Origin: Basidiobolus meristosporus CBS 931.73
Taxonomy: Eukaryota; Fungi; Basidiobolomycota
NCBI GenBank assembly: GCA_002104905.1
Contig: MCFE01000185.1
Span: 1 to 64,000 of the forward strand
Length of the DNA: 64,000 bases
Direction: 5' to 3'
Part shown: piece after piece, positions 14,125 to 26,773 of the stretch
Position numbering within the stretch: position 1 is the first letter of the stretch
Layout: every line of letters starts with the position of its first letter
The notes under the pieces: model-generated
Databases searched by the model: none
What the model saw: the letters and a program-made list of their open reading frames with translations, nothing else
What the model was told of the DNA's origin: nothing
Program-made: the position numbers and the translations under genes

Positions 14125-15618
14125 ATGAAAGAAGAGATGACTATGCTTTGAAGGAGTGCAAGAGAGTATTTGAGGAACTTAATTTGCCAAGTCTGTTTAA
14201 GGAAAAGACATTCCCAACTCTACCTATGCAATCATTCCAAGACTAAATTGAAGATCCCAAATAGGAATTGGGGATTATTTTGGTGTGCGGTTCATTTACA
14301 TTATGATCCTATTTCCCCTATGAATGGCCAGCGGGCCTGTTCTAAATATAGGCTTGGAATCCCATTATCACTGAGAGCCAGTGGGATCTCAGTCCCCTCC
14401 TGAGCACTCGCATCCGTGGATCGGATGGATTTGTGTGAAGAGGGGGCCTGGCGCAGTGATTCGAAACTGGCGAAACTGGCGATGCTGTCGGCTTCGGTTT
14501 CATCTGTTTGTCAGCGGGCTACGATCATATTGAGACAAATCCCCGAGCCACTCACTCAACCCGGCCTCCATCGCAAGCCTAACCTTAACGGTCGAACCAA
14601 ATGCCTCTAAATTGATCATTAAGACCGCCATGGGGAATGGATGGGTACGTAACCGTGTCATGGAATGGTCCTCGGCAATAATAGGAGGCGCGCGATTTGC
14701 TGAGTATTGGCCGCATCTCCATAAATCCTATTGTCTGAGCCGAATTGAATGCTAGCCAAACTGGCGGATGAGTCCATTTGGCGCTCATCTGATTGCAATG
14801 TCTTGGGTGGCCAGGTCGCCGTAACATGAAGCCATCCATCGCTTCTGGCTCTGCATCGACAGCTGTCTTGGTGAGCGTAACTGTATCCATGCGTTACTTC
14901 GGCCTGTCTTGGTTTCGAACTGGCGAGATCCGTATTCCATATTACTCATGACTCACGGTTCGATCACTTGGGCTGATTTATGCCAGACACGCCTCGACGC
15001 CGTCAAAACGCAATGATCTGCTGCGCGCCTTGTGGCTGCTCGAGATACCGATGGAGCCGGGGTCTGTTTTTACTTTCTCGAGAGCACCGAGTGGCTGGTC
15101 AGCATGATTCTTGTTTACTGGCTTGTCTACTAGCCATAGCCTCGGTGATCAACATCCGCCTCCACCCGCTCGGGATTGCGCGCTGGAGCATCAGTCCTAA
15201 TCTACCCTTTCCCTGGCCAGGTGATTCTTCTGCGACATCCAGGAAGGGTTTGTGCTTATGACTGCTTTGATCCCTCGTGATTCGCCGAAGGCCTTCAGAC
15301 AGCCAGGGGCCGGCTGCTGGGTGAAGCCCAAGTTATCACCAACCCACCTGCTGCGTGTAGCCAAGATGGGAATGACTTGCACCCTCCTCGCTTCAGTATA
15401 CACATATGCGGATGTATGGGGCTCCGCGCTATGCTCTTTTATTCGTTTATTGGTTGGGGATAATGGTCTAGACGAGCCGAGGGGCTTCATGAAAGGGTAC
15501 ATATGGTGAGAAAGAATTACAAAAGTCTACAAGTGCGAGTCGAGACGAACCCGCGAGCTCGGGTACGGAGTGCAGGATTGATAGGTTGGTAGAGACGACG
15601 TAGATTCCATGCCCACCG

Positions 15619-17033
15619 TTACTGTAAAAAGCAGGATGACTCCTTGGCCTTTTTCCTCAGGTCATCGTATTGTGGCGGTGGGGTCTGGTGTCTTGAGTAG
15701 CTTGGCGCCTCTTGGTCCGGAATCAATGGCAGGGGAAGGCACACCAGCTGGTAGAAGAAGAGATACCCATTCTCGGCCATGTCTTCGAAGCATTTGCTGG
15801 TTGGATACTTTCTGATCCGTCGGCTGCCAAACTCAAGATCATCATGCTTGTACCAGACTGTTGGGTCATCGACGCTAACCGAGTAGGAGATGTAATGCCC
15901 AGAGGAAAGGCTGGTGCCCAGATGGCACACCGCCGACTTCAAGACCAGCGTGTATTTCGCCAAAGGCGCACCCGGTTGAACACTAACGAAGCTGCTGAAG
16001 TCGATCAGTGGCGGGATACTGACATGTTGGCTCGTCCGAACGGAATACCCGTTGTGGTCGACCGCGTAACGCTTTAGGGTGAGCGGGACGATGATGTTAT
16101 GTTCAGGAAAGTCGGTGGAATGGGAGAGTAGATTGGTTCCCAGCTCGTTCTCCGCCGAATAGAAGGGGAGAAGCTCCATCACCGACCAGGCGTCAATCGT
16201 CTCCTCGCGTCCAAGTTTCTCAACATTCCGACGGATGCCCGACACCTTGTTGTTGTAGAAATAGTTCACCAGGATGTTCTCCAGCATGATGGACTGCGAG
16301 GGTTCTTGCTCCTCCTCGCTGGGGATCGAAAGCTGGAAGATCCGTTCGGTGATAATTTTGGCATCGTCCTCGTCTGTATCCCCGTAATGATGTAGTTTGA
16401 CTCCAAGCGGCAAAAAGGGCAGCTCAAACACGTCCATCAAGAAGAGCAACAGTTCGCTGGCGTCTTCTTGGGTCGGTCTGGTTTCGTAGGACCCGCCGAA
16501 GTCTTCGGATTTCCCACCCTTCCACCCGCACTGGGCCAGGTCGTTACGTATCATTTCGATCACTGTCTTACTAACGTGCTTTCCGGAACGGAGGAGATTG
16601 ACATACAGACGACAGGTGGTTTGGAGGTGGAGCGCCGCCTCCGAAGTAAGCTCCCGAACTCGCAACAAACTATCGTAGCAGGTGTGTGTACCGAACATGG
16701 CAAAGAGCAAGCTGTCTAAGGTCAAGTTTCCAAAGGGTTAGCCAAACCAGCCCGTCGGGGAACATTGGGAACGAAGGTTCTCAACTCACCGATATAACAA
16801 CTAGTTCCAAGGGAGTTCTTTGGCCCTTTGAATTGAGTGTTCTTATTCACGTCCACCAAGATACCATCTGAGGCTTTGATGTACTCGTTAGAGAAGAAGA
16901 TGGCATCCTCGACAATCCAACGGCACTTCCGCAGAATCCGTTCCAGGTCGTTTGCGGGGAGAGGATGCCCATGCTCAAACAAGTATGCGCCTACTGAAAG
17001 GGGAAGGGAGAGAGATGAGTCGGAAGATGCCAC
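15619..17033 (-). CDS. Ubiquitin-specific protease (peptidase C19/UCH-like) with C-terminal CaaX
   Basis: Intron 16716-16789 completes the Cys box GPKNSLGTSCYI|DSLLFAMF. Also QEDASE, His box CHLGTSLSSGHYISY, and WYKHDD. Ends KKAKESSCFLQ*. The start codon could lie further upstream. Confidence 0.82.
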
Positions 17034-19454
17034 AGAGGCGGAAGTGGCTGTGTTTCCACTGGCTTACCTTTGGCCAGTTTTAATTCGTGACGGAAATCTT
17101 TGGATATCGGGTCAAGCCCCAGTACGTGCCACATTTTTTTGGGCCTGCTTTTCTTTGACGTGGCTTGAGTGGGTAGTGATTGACTGGAGGTAGAGGAGGT
17201 CATGGTTCGGGGTTATCCTGTGTGTTTTCTATGCTTTCAACATGTGTCAACCCAGCTGTATCGGAGTATTAAATAGGAGAGTTGGAAATGGTCGGGCTTT
17301 CAAATACAAGGAACAACGCTTGGATGGTAAAAAAAATCCTCAAGTCACTCGCCTAAGAGCCTTGGCAGAGGGTGGCATCCCAGGAATCCAATTAGGGGAG
17401 TCACGTGGAGGTACAACGAAATAGCCATTGATCTGATTAGTTAACCTAACTTGGTTATCAAGGAAGTGGCTAGAAAGAACGCAAAGCGACCTAGGTGGAG
17501 CTGACCAGAAGGCAGCCTTCCATCCGCCATCTGCCATCTCCATCTCCATCGATCAATCAAATCCGCCTAAAACATTCCAACCGCTATTTTTACCAGTCAA
17601 TCACCGTTATTCACTTCACTCAAAAGGTCCTGCATCCAGTGCAGAGTCTGGCTGCTGCGTACGGTCAATCAGGGACTCTCGAGCACCACTGCTCTCCAAC
17701 AACTCGGAGGATCATTGGCGTATCAACCTCACACCTACCACTCACACCATCTCCCGCTCACTAGCACAAGCAAGATGGGGATCTGAATGTATCAACCCTG
17801 ATACGGTAACCAATAGCCTTGGGCGAGAGATGATCTATATGATGGTGAGTGAGAATGGAACTGGCAGATGTGCAGGCCACATACTAGATTCGTTGCCGCT
17901 TGTATCCGGGCACTGAAAGTCCACGAATGAGATGGCCCACCCGGCCAAACCTCATCGTGCAGAACCAGGTCGTGCCAAGAAATTGACTGGATTGAGCATT
18001 CCCCAAAATATCCACGGGCTTTCCATATTAGGAACAGATCGCACAATACGGGTTTGTACACGAGACGAGGGCCTATATTCCGCCAACGAAGTCAGTCCGA
18101 AGGCCCAGTCTAGACAAGATCGCCTATGTTCTTCCATAATACACGACCTTTTAACCACATTCGACCACTAGTAGTAAGATCGGTGGCGGCTATTCCTTAC
18201 CTTCAAGGCAATGGCGGGAGCCGTTTTGAAGGGGGGTTGCTTGACGGTGGATGGTGTATCGAGATGGTGGTGCCCAATTGTATGGAGTATCATCCAAAGG
18301 TCACTGATCTATACGGGGGTAAGGAGGTACTTACTAGATGGGTGTTCGATGCTGCAGATAGAATTTTATTGATGTCTACATAACTCGTTATTTGGCGTCA
18401 GGGGAGGGAGTTTGATGCAAGAAGGGGGATCTATGTATCGGATATGTGCGCTCCTGGCAGTGTGGATAAATCAAGCGCCACACTGCTCCCCCGGCCTCCC
18501 CTTGAGCATCGTGAAGGTTACATTGACTCATACAGGCTAGAGGAAGGCGCCCCATACAGACTAACAGAGCCATTGTTCTGTAATTCCTCATTCTCAGTAT
18601 GATGCTACTTCGAGGTGGAGGGGTCAGCTTCATCGCCTTTCGTCGAAGATCCAGCAGGTCCAACCGAGGAGCCTCTCAAGACGGTCAAGCTCATGTAGCA
18701 GCAGTGGTAGTTTTTTCTGCTCCCCTTGGTTGAATTTAAGTCGATGCCAAGGCACCGTTTCCAGCGGCATCTAACACATGATGAATAATCTCCAACAGAA
18801 TACCATGAAAATCACATATCGTGCTACTGTGCGGTCGCTGGGTGTCGGCTCTTTTGGCAAGAATTGGCTAGGTGCTGCCCGCCTCACCCTCAAGGTGAGC
18901 TGGCTGATCGTTCCGATGTTTATCCGCACCACGCAGTGAGGCAGAGCCGATTTACTTGCTCACGGAAATCGTCCGGTGATGCTATGGGAAAGTCGCTTCT
19001 GAAACCGATAAGATATAGTGCGCATTTCTCCACAGATTTGGCTCTGTCAAGAGGCACGGTATGACCAGTGGTGATCTTCATCAGATATATTGATGTCAGG
19101 TCACGTTATGGTTTGCTTTGGAGGTATCCCATCCATTCCTCACAAAGATCCAGAAAAAACCGGCCACCCATCCACCCATCCACCCTGCGCTTGGGGGACC
19201 AATCCAGAGACATGTAGGGATCAGTCCCATGACCATTAATGCCCTGCATGTGCCATGCCGTATATTCCCAAGGATCATTGCTGGGGCAGATCTGGCCAAG
19301 AGGGATTGGCTCCATGAGGCAATACTCGTATCTCTCAACTAATTGTCGATTAGCGATTTTCTATCAGCAAGCCTGACGGGCAGGTCGGTTGATTGAGGAA
19401 CTCCGTTTTAAAGGCAGGGCGGGTTAACGTATGGAGCTGACCGGCCGACTCGGA

Positions 19455-19462
19455 TATAAATA
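19455..19462 (+). promoter_or_regulatory. Putative TATA box of the 2OG oxygenase gene
   Basis: TATAAATA 68 bp upstream of ATG 19523. Confidence 0.45.
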
Positions 19463-19522
19463 CAGCATCGATCAGCAGAAGGGCCAACATCAATTTCTAG
19501 TCAGAACCACAACAACACTACC

Positions 19523-20641
19523 ATGGTTACTCAAGGCTTCGTCAAAGTGGATCTTTCCAACTACGAATACCGTCGCGAGGAAATCATCCGGGACCTTTTG
19601 AAAGCCTGTACTGAGGACGGGTTCTTCTACGGTATGACTTCACCACTCTCTTCCCATTGTCATTGCCATTGCCATTGCCAAGGTCTTAATTGCTTGTGAA
19701 CAAGTGGTCAATCACGGGATCGACGTGAAGGAAATCCGGGAGATGTTCCAGGCTAGCAAGGACTTTTTCAACCTCCCCGACGACATCAAAGCCAAGACCC
19801 CGTTGGATCGTGCCAAAAATGTCGGCTGGGAAAAGATGACCCAGGTAAGTATCCCACAGCCCTACCCCACGATGTGTGCGCCGTGTTGACTGGTGGATCT
19901 TCTGCATAGATCCGGCCCTCGACAGGGGTCGCTGACCTAAAGGAGTCTATTCAGCTCGGCTACGTCAATATGGAAGGGAAATGGCCCTCCTCCGAGGACG
20001 CCCCGCTCTTCCAAGAAAAGGCCCAGCGCTTTATGCATAAGTGCCAGGAGATTTCCATGCGCTTGCTTTCGTGTCTTGCGTTGGGCCTGGGATTTCCCGA
20101 GGACTTCTTCGCCAAATGCCATGATATCAACCAGTCGGATTGCCAACAAACGCTGCGTTGTCTGCATTATCATGACATCACCGGGCAAACCTTCCCTGAT
20201 ACCTATTGGCGCGCGGGCTCCCATACTGATTTCGACACATTGACCCTACTTTTCCAGCGACCAGGGGAGAACGGCCTGGAAGTATGCCCAGGCCGCCAAG
20301 CCTCCACCGAGTTTGCCCACGGGGATGTGTGGACCCCAGTCGTCCCCAACGAAGACGAGATCGTCTGCAACATCGGGGACATGCTGATGCATTGGTCTGA
20401 CGACCAGCTCAAGAGTAACTTCCACCGGGTTCGTGCCCCCAGAGTGGGAGAGAACCAAGGAGCAAGGTACTCCATGGCGTACTTCAACCAGGCCAACAAG
20501 TCGGCCATCATCCAGGGGAAGTCCAAGTACACCACACCCATCACTGCCGGGGAGTTCGTCCTGGCCGCCATGGAGAGAAACTACCGAGCATTGAAAGAGG
20601 TCCAGGCTGCCAAGGGTGCGACCGCCGCCTCCCTCGCTTAA
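19523..20641 (+). CDS. 2-oxoglutarate/Fe(II)-dependent dioxygenase (DIOX_N plus 2OG-FeII_Oxy, IPNS-like family), 2 introns
   Basis: GFFY|VVNHGI; LRCLHY; HTD facial-triad motif; CNIGDML; distal His in SNFHRV; RYS 2OG-binding motif. Confidence 0.9.
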
Positions 20642-22074
20642 GCCTGCTTCGATTGATCAGATGCGGGCTGGCCTCTTCATTGTCACCATCCCCATGAGAT
20701 TGTAAATGATCCGCGGTTGCAGCAACTCCGCGTTACCAAATCCTGTAAATAGTTCATTGAAAATAAATTCGATCCCTTCGTAAGCCGAGTTCTAGGCGGT
20801 GATTTTTGAGGAACCCACTGTGGACCCGAGGCTCCGTTGCATACGCAAGCCTCGGGGACATCTCAAATACAGGGGTCGAGTGGACGGTGGATGATACGGC
20901 CGCTCAACCGCCACGAGAATGGATTCCCAGCCGGGGGTCTACTTGGTGCCGATACTGTTGGATGCTCTCCACTACAGGACTGTTTGAGATCAATCGCCCC
21001 CAAAATCGGTTGTGAAAATTTGCCAGCAACCGGGAAATAGGTGGTCCATAGTGTTTGCTACGCAAGGGGCTTTGCGATTCCCTCCCCTAGAAGTGGGCTG
21101 AAGATGAGTTGCGTGACTCACTGCACACCGGCCCACCGCCAATTCCGAAGGATACCAGCTCCCAAGCAATGTGATACCAGCGTAGGCCAATCTTGACGAC
21201 ATGCCATACGAGGGAGTCCGTATTCGAGAACCCACCGCTACGTTCCTTCGGTCGAGCAGAGAGTCTTCCATAGCATGCGCGGAACCTAGGGCGATTTGGG
21301 CGGTGGCCTCACCTTTGCTGCTGTCATCTTGGTGTGACGGGGGTCCTGCAAAGATTTCCCGTACATGTAGCACGCACTAACGTTCTTTGATTATCGATGG
21401 CATTTCTGGTTCTCACATGAATCTGTATACCCCCAACCGGATTCCGAGTTCCCCAGGTCATCTAAGCGAGCCACCCAAGTTACTCACGGTTCATGTGAGC
21501 CAGCTTCGTGCTCGACCACACGCAGATTTGGGCCATCCTTTCGATACGATTTCGTAAGGTCGCCCTCCTCGGCTATCCAGGCATGACTTTGGCTGGCCCG
21601 GAGCCCCCATGTGCACGGTATGCTGGGGCGAAGCATGAAGGAAGAATATTCGGGTGGACCATTTCCTTGTATGACATGCACCAAGAATTGAACACCATTG
21701 CTGATAATCTTTGCACCCATAAATTAATCATGCGCTTATCTAGGTTGCCAGAGTGTGTTACATTAGGTATTCGCCACATGGCATTCATCTCATCTAACCT
21801 AACCAATCCGCTGGCCAGCACCGAACAGAGTCGATGCCTGAATTTGCTGTGCGTCCCATGGCTTCTATACCAGGCTCGATAATGCCTTGTCCTCAATTCG
21901 CATGGTGCTTAGCTCCCTTGTAGAAGAGCCCTGTGGGATTCAAGGCGAATCCATGCTTACACCAGCTTCCACAAATACCTGCAGGTGATTTACTTGGTAT
22001 CACGTCAGGGCAGTTCGATTATTAAGTGAGACTTGGGTAACCGTCGCGGATCGTGGCCTCACAAAGGAACCTGC

Positions 22075-22081
22075 TATAAAA
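22075..22081 (+). promoter_or_regulatory. Putative TATA box of the CAP gene
   Basis: TATAAAA 61 bp upstream of ATG 22136. Confidence 0.45.
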
Positions 22082-22135
22082 CCGGCCGTTTCTTCCACCA
22101 GGGAAGATCATTCTACTCCGTCAATCACCGAAATC

Positions 22136-22621
22136 ATGAAAAGCTGGTCTACACTCATTTGCCTCACCCTCTTCGTTCTTCAGGCGATGTTGATCTTCGC
22201 CGCCCCCATCAGTCTACCCCAATCCCCTGCCCAGACTGGCGCTGGCAACGGGGACGTGAAAGCGATGCTCCGCCTGGTGAACAAGCAACGCCGATTGAAC
22301 GGCCAAGCCCCCCTCAGACTCGACAATCGCCTGATCAGAGCCGCCCAAAAGCATACCGACTACCAAGCCCGTGTTGACCAGATGACCCATGACGAACCCG
22401 GTAGACCCATGAGTAGCCGCGTCTCGGAAACCGGATTCAAGTGGTCTGCCGTGGGAGAGAACGTCGCTAAGGGTTACGGCAGCATCGAGGCGGTCATGGT
22501 GGGCTGGATGAACTCCCCCGGACATCGTAGCAATATCCTTAACCCCTCCTACACCCATCTCGGCTCCGGCTATTCCGCCAATGGTAACTACTGGACCCAG
22601 AACTTCGCCCGTAAGGCGTAA
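22136..22621 (+). CDS. Secreted CAP/SCP-domain protein (YkwD-like bacterial-type CAP), intronless
   Basis: Hydrophobic signal peptide; LVNKQR...PL; AAQKHTDY; MTHD; GENVA; WMNSPGHRSNIL; YWTQNF. Confidence 0.92.
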   Translation: MKSWSTLICLTLFVLQAMLIFAAPISLPQSPAQTGAGNGDVKAMLRLVNKQRRLNGQAPLRLDNRLIRAAQKHTDYQARVDQMTHDEPGRPMSSRVSETGFKWSAVGENVAKGYGSIEAVMVGWMNSPGHRSNILNPSYTHLGSGYSANGNYWTQNFARKA

Positions 22622-24307
22622 GGTCACCAAATGACAATAAACCTCCACTAAAGCTTTCACCCCCCTGGCCCGATCGCGTTTCAACTTGACTGTCCATTGT
22701 TTAGCCATTTCAATACCACGCTGACGGTGGTCAGTTGGCCGCTCTCAAGAACCATCCTGTCTATAGCCCCATTAGAGGCCTGTTGTCTCGGTCCTCAGGC
22801 AGACTTGAACGCTGTCCCGCTCATGGTTGGGATGTCCTAAGGAGATGTGGGATTTGGAGCTTGGCTATTGCGGATCTGGCGAAACGGATTTCACGGATCA
22901 AGATGGCGGTGGCAGGGAACCTCCATCCGCTGGTGGTACGGGGTGGATCAGACAGGTACGGTGGGCTTGGATTTTCTAACCTGGCCATGTGGTGGCGTAT
23001 GCTCTTGGGCGTGTCTATCTACAATATGCGTTGGGGGGGGTGATATGCCCGTGGTGCCGGGTGCTATGGGAGGTAATTTGTTGGTAGACTGTGGATGGCG
23101 TACTTTCCACCAAACAATCTTGGGACCACGTTAAGGGAAGCTGGGGTGGGTTGTGTGCCAGGTCGAGAGCATGACGATGGATGTTTCAACAAGATAAGGA
23201 GGCACCGGTATAACGCAAATCTGGCTTCGCTGTATACTCCGCATAGATGGGTTCGGTTTGCTGCATGCAAACGAAGTTTGTCACATACGGTCGAACGCTT
23301 TGATACTGCCCATGAATAGGTGGAAAGCTAGTATTCAGTCTACAACCTTCCGCAAGAGTGCACCTGCGACATATACAGCGACATGCGCAGATGAAGTTCC
23401 GGGCTGTTGGTTTTTGTCATGTGGTAGGATGATCCTAAGTTGGATTGTCTCCAATTTTTGTATGGTGTTGTGATGTCAGATCCGTTGGAATGGGGTATTA
23501 CCTTGAGCTTTGATGTGTATGATGTTAAAAGGGCTGGAGGACCTCGAAGGGTACAGACAGGGAGGTGTACGATCAACAAATGTGCAAGTGAATCCCAAGT
23601 TGGGGTGCTTTGTGTAAGCCAGACACATAAAGGTGGGTGATCCTCATTGCATACCCTATGAAAAATAATTGTGATGATCCCATCAAAAGGTTGTCACAAA
23701 ATTAAAATCCCATGACTAAGAGGTATTGATCCCATCAGGACACCGTGCAAAGACCGTTAAAAAAAATTTCACTCCAGATTTCACAAAAAACAATCAAATT
23801 TTTTCATTGCAACAATACATAAGTGGTGTTTAATTGGTTCTCTGCCAGTTCTCTCACTTTCTGATCCTGGACACTCAATCACCTCCTACATTTGTGTACA
23901 TTGATTGGCTATTGCCTCTTTTTCATACTCCTTACTCCCTGGTTCAACCAATGCTCTTACTTTTCATGCATACAAATTGCTTTATTTCCACTGAAACTTC
24001 AGTTGTAACTCAATTGCCAATTGTACTGACCTATACAGGTCCCTATACCCAACACTAACATTAAGCCCAGCCCCACATACAACAAGTAGCTTCATTAAAA
24101 TCCACCATTTGATAGGTATTTTTGCTGTAACACCCTACTTCCATGACTTTGGTGGGAACCCTGAGGCTTTATGCCACTGTTCATTCACTGGTTCCCATAC
24201 ATCATGATCTTCAGCCAGCACTGCAAGGTCTAGCACCTCATCTGCCAGTCTTTGCAATAAATCCTTGCAATATTCAGGTGTGTTTTCTTGAGCACTGCTC
24301 TTGAAGA

Positions 24308-26672
24308 TGTTGTAAAAATTTGTAATTCCACCTAAATATTCACCTAACTTAGTCACTTAGATCAATTACTTCCAATATCTCCAAGACTCTTACAACAGGT
24401 TATGAGCCCCAAGCTCTCACTCTCTGCAATGTCTACTGCAGCTATTACTGGAATTTTTCCCTCTGCTGAAAAGTTGGATGGATCTAACCACCAAGTGTGG
24501 AAGGTGAGGATGAAGATGCTGCTACAAGAAAGAGGCCTTTGGGATATTCTCATGGGAGAAGAATGCCCTCCTAAAAACATGGGAGAGGAAGCCTTGAAGT
24601 ACCAGAAGAAAGAACAAAGTGCCTTTAGCTGCATTTGCCTTAATGTTAAAGACAAATTGCTAATTCAATGCTCAAGAGCAAAAACGGCAAAGAATGCCTG
24701 GAAAGCATTAGAAGACACCTACCAGTCATGTTCAGCTGCCAAGAAAATGTCATCAGATGATGACAAAAATTTGATCTCAAGTCCACCAATTATCAGGATT
24801 GAATCAGAGCATACAGTGAAAATTTTTTCACTCCAGAGGACTCTACAATGGTGGTTCAGCCAGAATCAGTGCTCAGGAATATCCCAGAAGTGATCATTCC
24901 AGTATCAAATGCCCGGAGATCCAATCAGACAAGAAATAGCCCAAATTACTATATCAATGGGGGTACAAACTTAGCCTATGTCTATTCAGTCCATGTTGAT
25001 GAACCCCAGACTGTAAAAGAGGCCCTAAATAGCCCTCAGACAAAGTTTTGGAGATCTGCAATGACTGAGGAATATCAGGCCCTGATGGAAAATCAAACTT
25101 GGGACTTAGTCAAATTACCAATCAACCAAAAATCAATTGGATGCATGTGGGTCTTCAAGACAAAATACAAGGCTGATAGTACAATTGAAAGATACAAAGC
25201 AAGACTTGTAGCCAAAGGATACTATTAAACAAAAGGACTTGACTATACTGAGACCTTTGCACCGGTAGCCAAGTTTAATTCCATCAGATTAATATTGGCT
25301 ATTGCAGCAAAATATAAGTTTTTTATTCATCAAATGAATGTAAAAACTGCATTTTGAATGGAGAACTTGATGAGGATGTGTATATGGACCAGCCTGATGG
25401 GTTTGTTGACCAAGATAACCCCCATTTGGTCTGCAAGCTTAAAAAGTCACTATATGGTCTCAGACAATCACCAAGAGCCTGGAATTGCAAGATAGATTCT
25501 TATTTGGAATCTTTGAGTTTCAAAAGAAGTAATGCTGACTATAGTATATACTATAAGCCAGATAGAACAAATCCAGTTGTATTAGCTCTATATGTGGATG
25601 ATCTTATTATAGCCACCAATAACCTAGAAACATTGGAAGAGACTAAATACAGCCTATCTAAAGAGTTCAAGATGTCCAATCTAGGAGAACTTAGTTACTA
25701 CTTAGGGATTAAGTTCTCCATAGACAGAAGTGCCCAGACTATCACCCTAAGTCAATCTAAGTATATTCAAGATATACTAAAGAAGTACAAAATGGAAGAC
25801 TGTAAACTGGCAGCTACCCCAATGGAGACAAACCTTAAGTTAGTCAAAACTCAACCAAATCAAGAGAGCTTGGTGCCATCTGAAAGCCCTGACTTTCCTT
25901 ATCAATCTATGATTGGCAGTCTGATGTATATCATGCTTGGAACACGTCCAGATATCTCATATTCAGTGGGAGTTGTCAGCCAACATAATCAGAACTATGG
26001 ATCTGATCATATTGCAGCAGTTAGGCGGATTTTTAGATACCTAAAAGGAACTGCTGATATCTGCTTAAGATACACTTATAAGGATTCAGAACAGGATCTT
26101 GTGGGATACTCTGATGCTGATTGGGGACAAAATTTAGAAGACAGAAGATCCACCACAGGATACACCTTTCTTTACTGTAAAGGAGCAATTTCATGGAATT
26201 CAAGAAAGCAACCAACCGTAGTACTTTCTACCACAGAGGCAGAGTATATGGCAGCCTGTGAAGCTACAAAAGAAGCAATGTAATTAAGAAAACTTTTTAC
26301 TGATTTAGGCCTATGTCAAAAAACACCTATTACTTTATTTCAAGATAATCAAGGATGTATACAATTAGGTAGAAATCCAACTTTTCATGCTAGAACCAAG
26401 CACATAGATATTAGACATCATTTCATACATGAAGCTATAGAGAATAACTTAGTTAGCTTAGCTTACTGTCCTACAGATGAAATGATTGCAGACATATTTA
26501 CCAAACCATTAGCTAGAGACAAGTTTGAATATCTTAGGTCAAAATTAGGACTAGTCAGTATGAACATTTAGCTGAGTGGGAGTGTTGTAAAGATTTGTAA
26601 TTCCACCTTAATACTCACCTAACTTAGTCACTTAAATCAATCACTTCCAATATCTCCAAGACTCTTACAACA
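24308..26672 (+). mobile_element. Internally deleted Ty1/copia element with 90-bp LTRs (24308-24397, 26583-26672)
   Basis: TGTTG..CAACA LTRs with 5 differences in 90 bp; 5-bp TSD GAAGA; PBS GGTTATGAGCCC; gag N-terminus KLDGSN..WK.RM; RT (YKARLVAKG, YVDD) and RNase H ([20 protein letters not shown]); PPT GCTGAGTGGGAG. No protease or integrase. Confidence 0.93.
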
Positions 26673-26773
26673 GAAGAGCTGCTGCAACCACTTGATGTGC
26701 CTATTGATGTTCCAAAATTCCACTGTAGGCATTGTGATAGTCTTCTGGGTTCTTGACATTGATGCTTTGTCTT

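Noticed and set aside
14955-14972. GGTTCGATC tRNA T-loop-like motif
   Set aside because: Flanks do not form a T stem or cloverleaf.
14585-15509. Several 85-101-aa ORFs between Uds1 paralogue 2 and the USP gene
   Set aside because: Could not be joined into a coherent gene model; may be a decayed gene but unsupported.
18778-18939. 53-aa ORF with a kinase-like Gly loop (LGVGSFGK)
   Set aside because: No downstream VAIK, HRD or DFG motifs in any nearby frame.
20990-21896. Overlapping 78-127-aa ORFs, one containing HPNIL
   Set aside because: Isolated motif with no other kinase subdomains; open frames on both strands with no clear signal.
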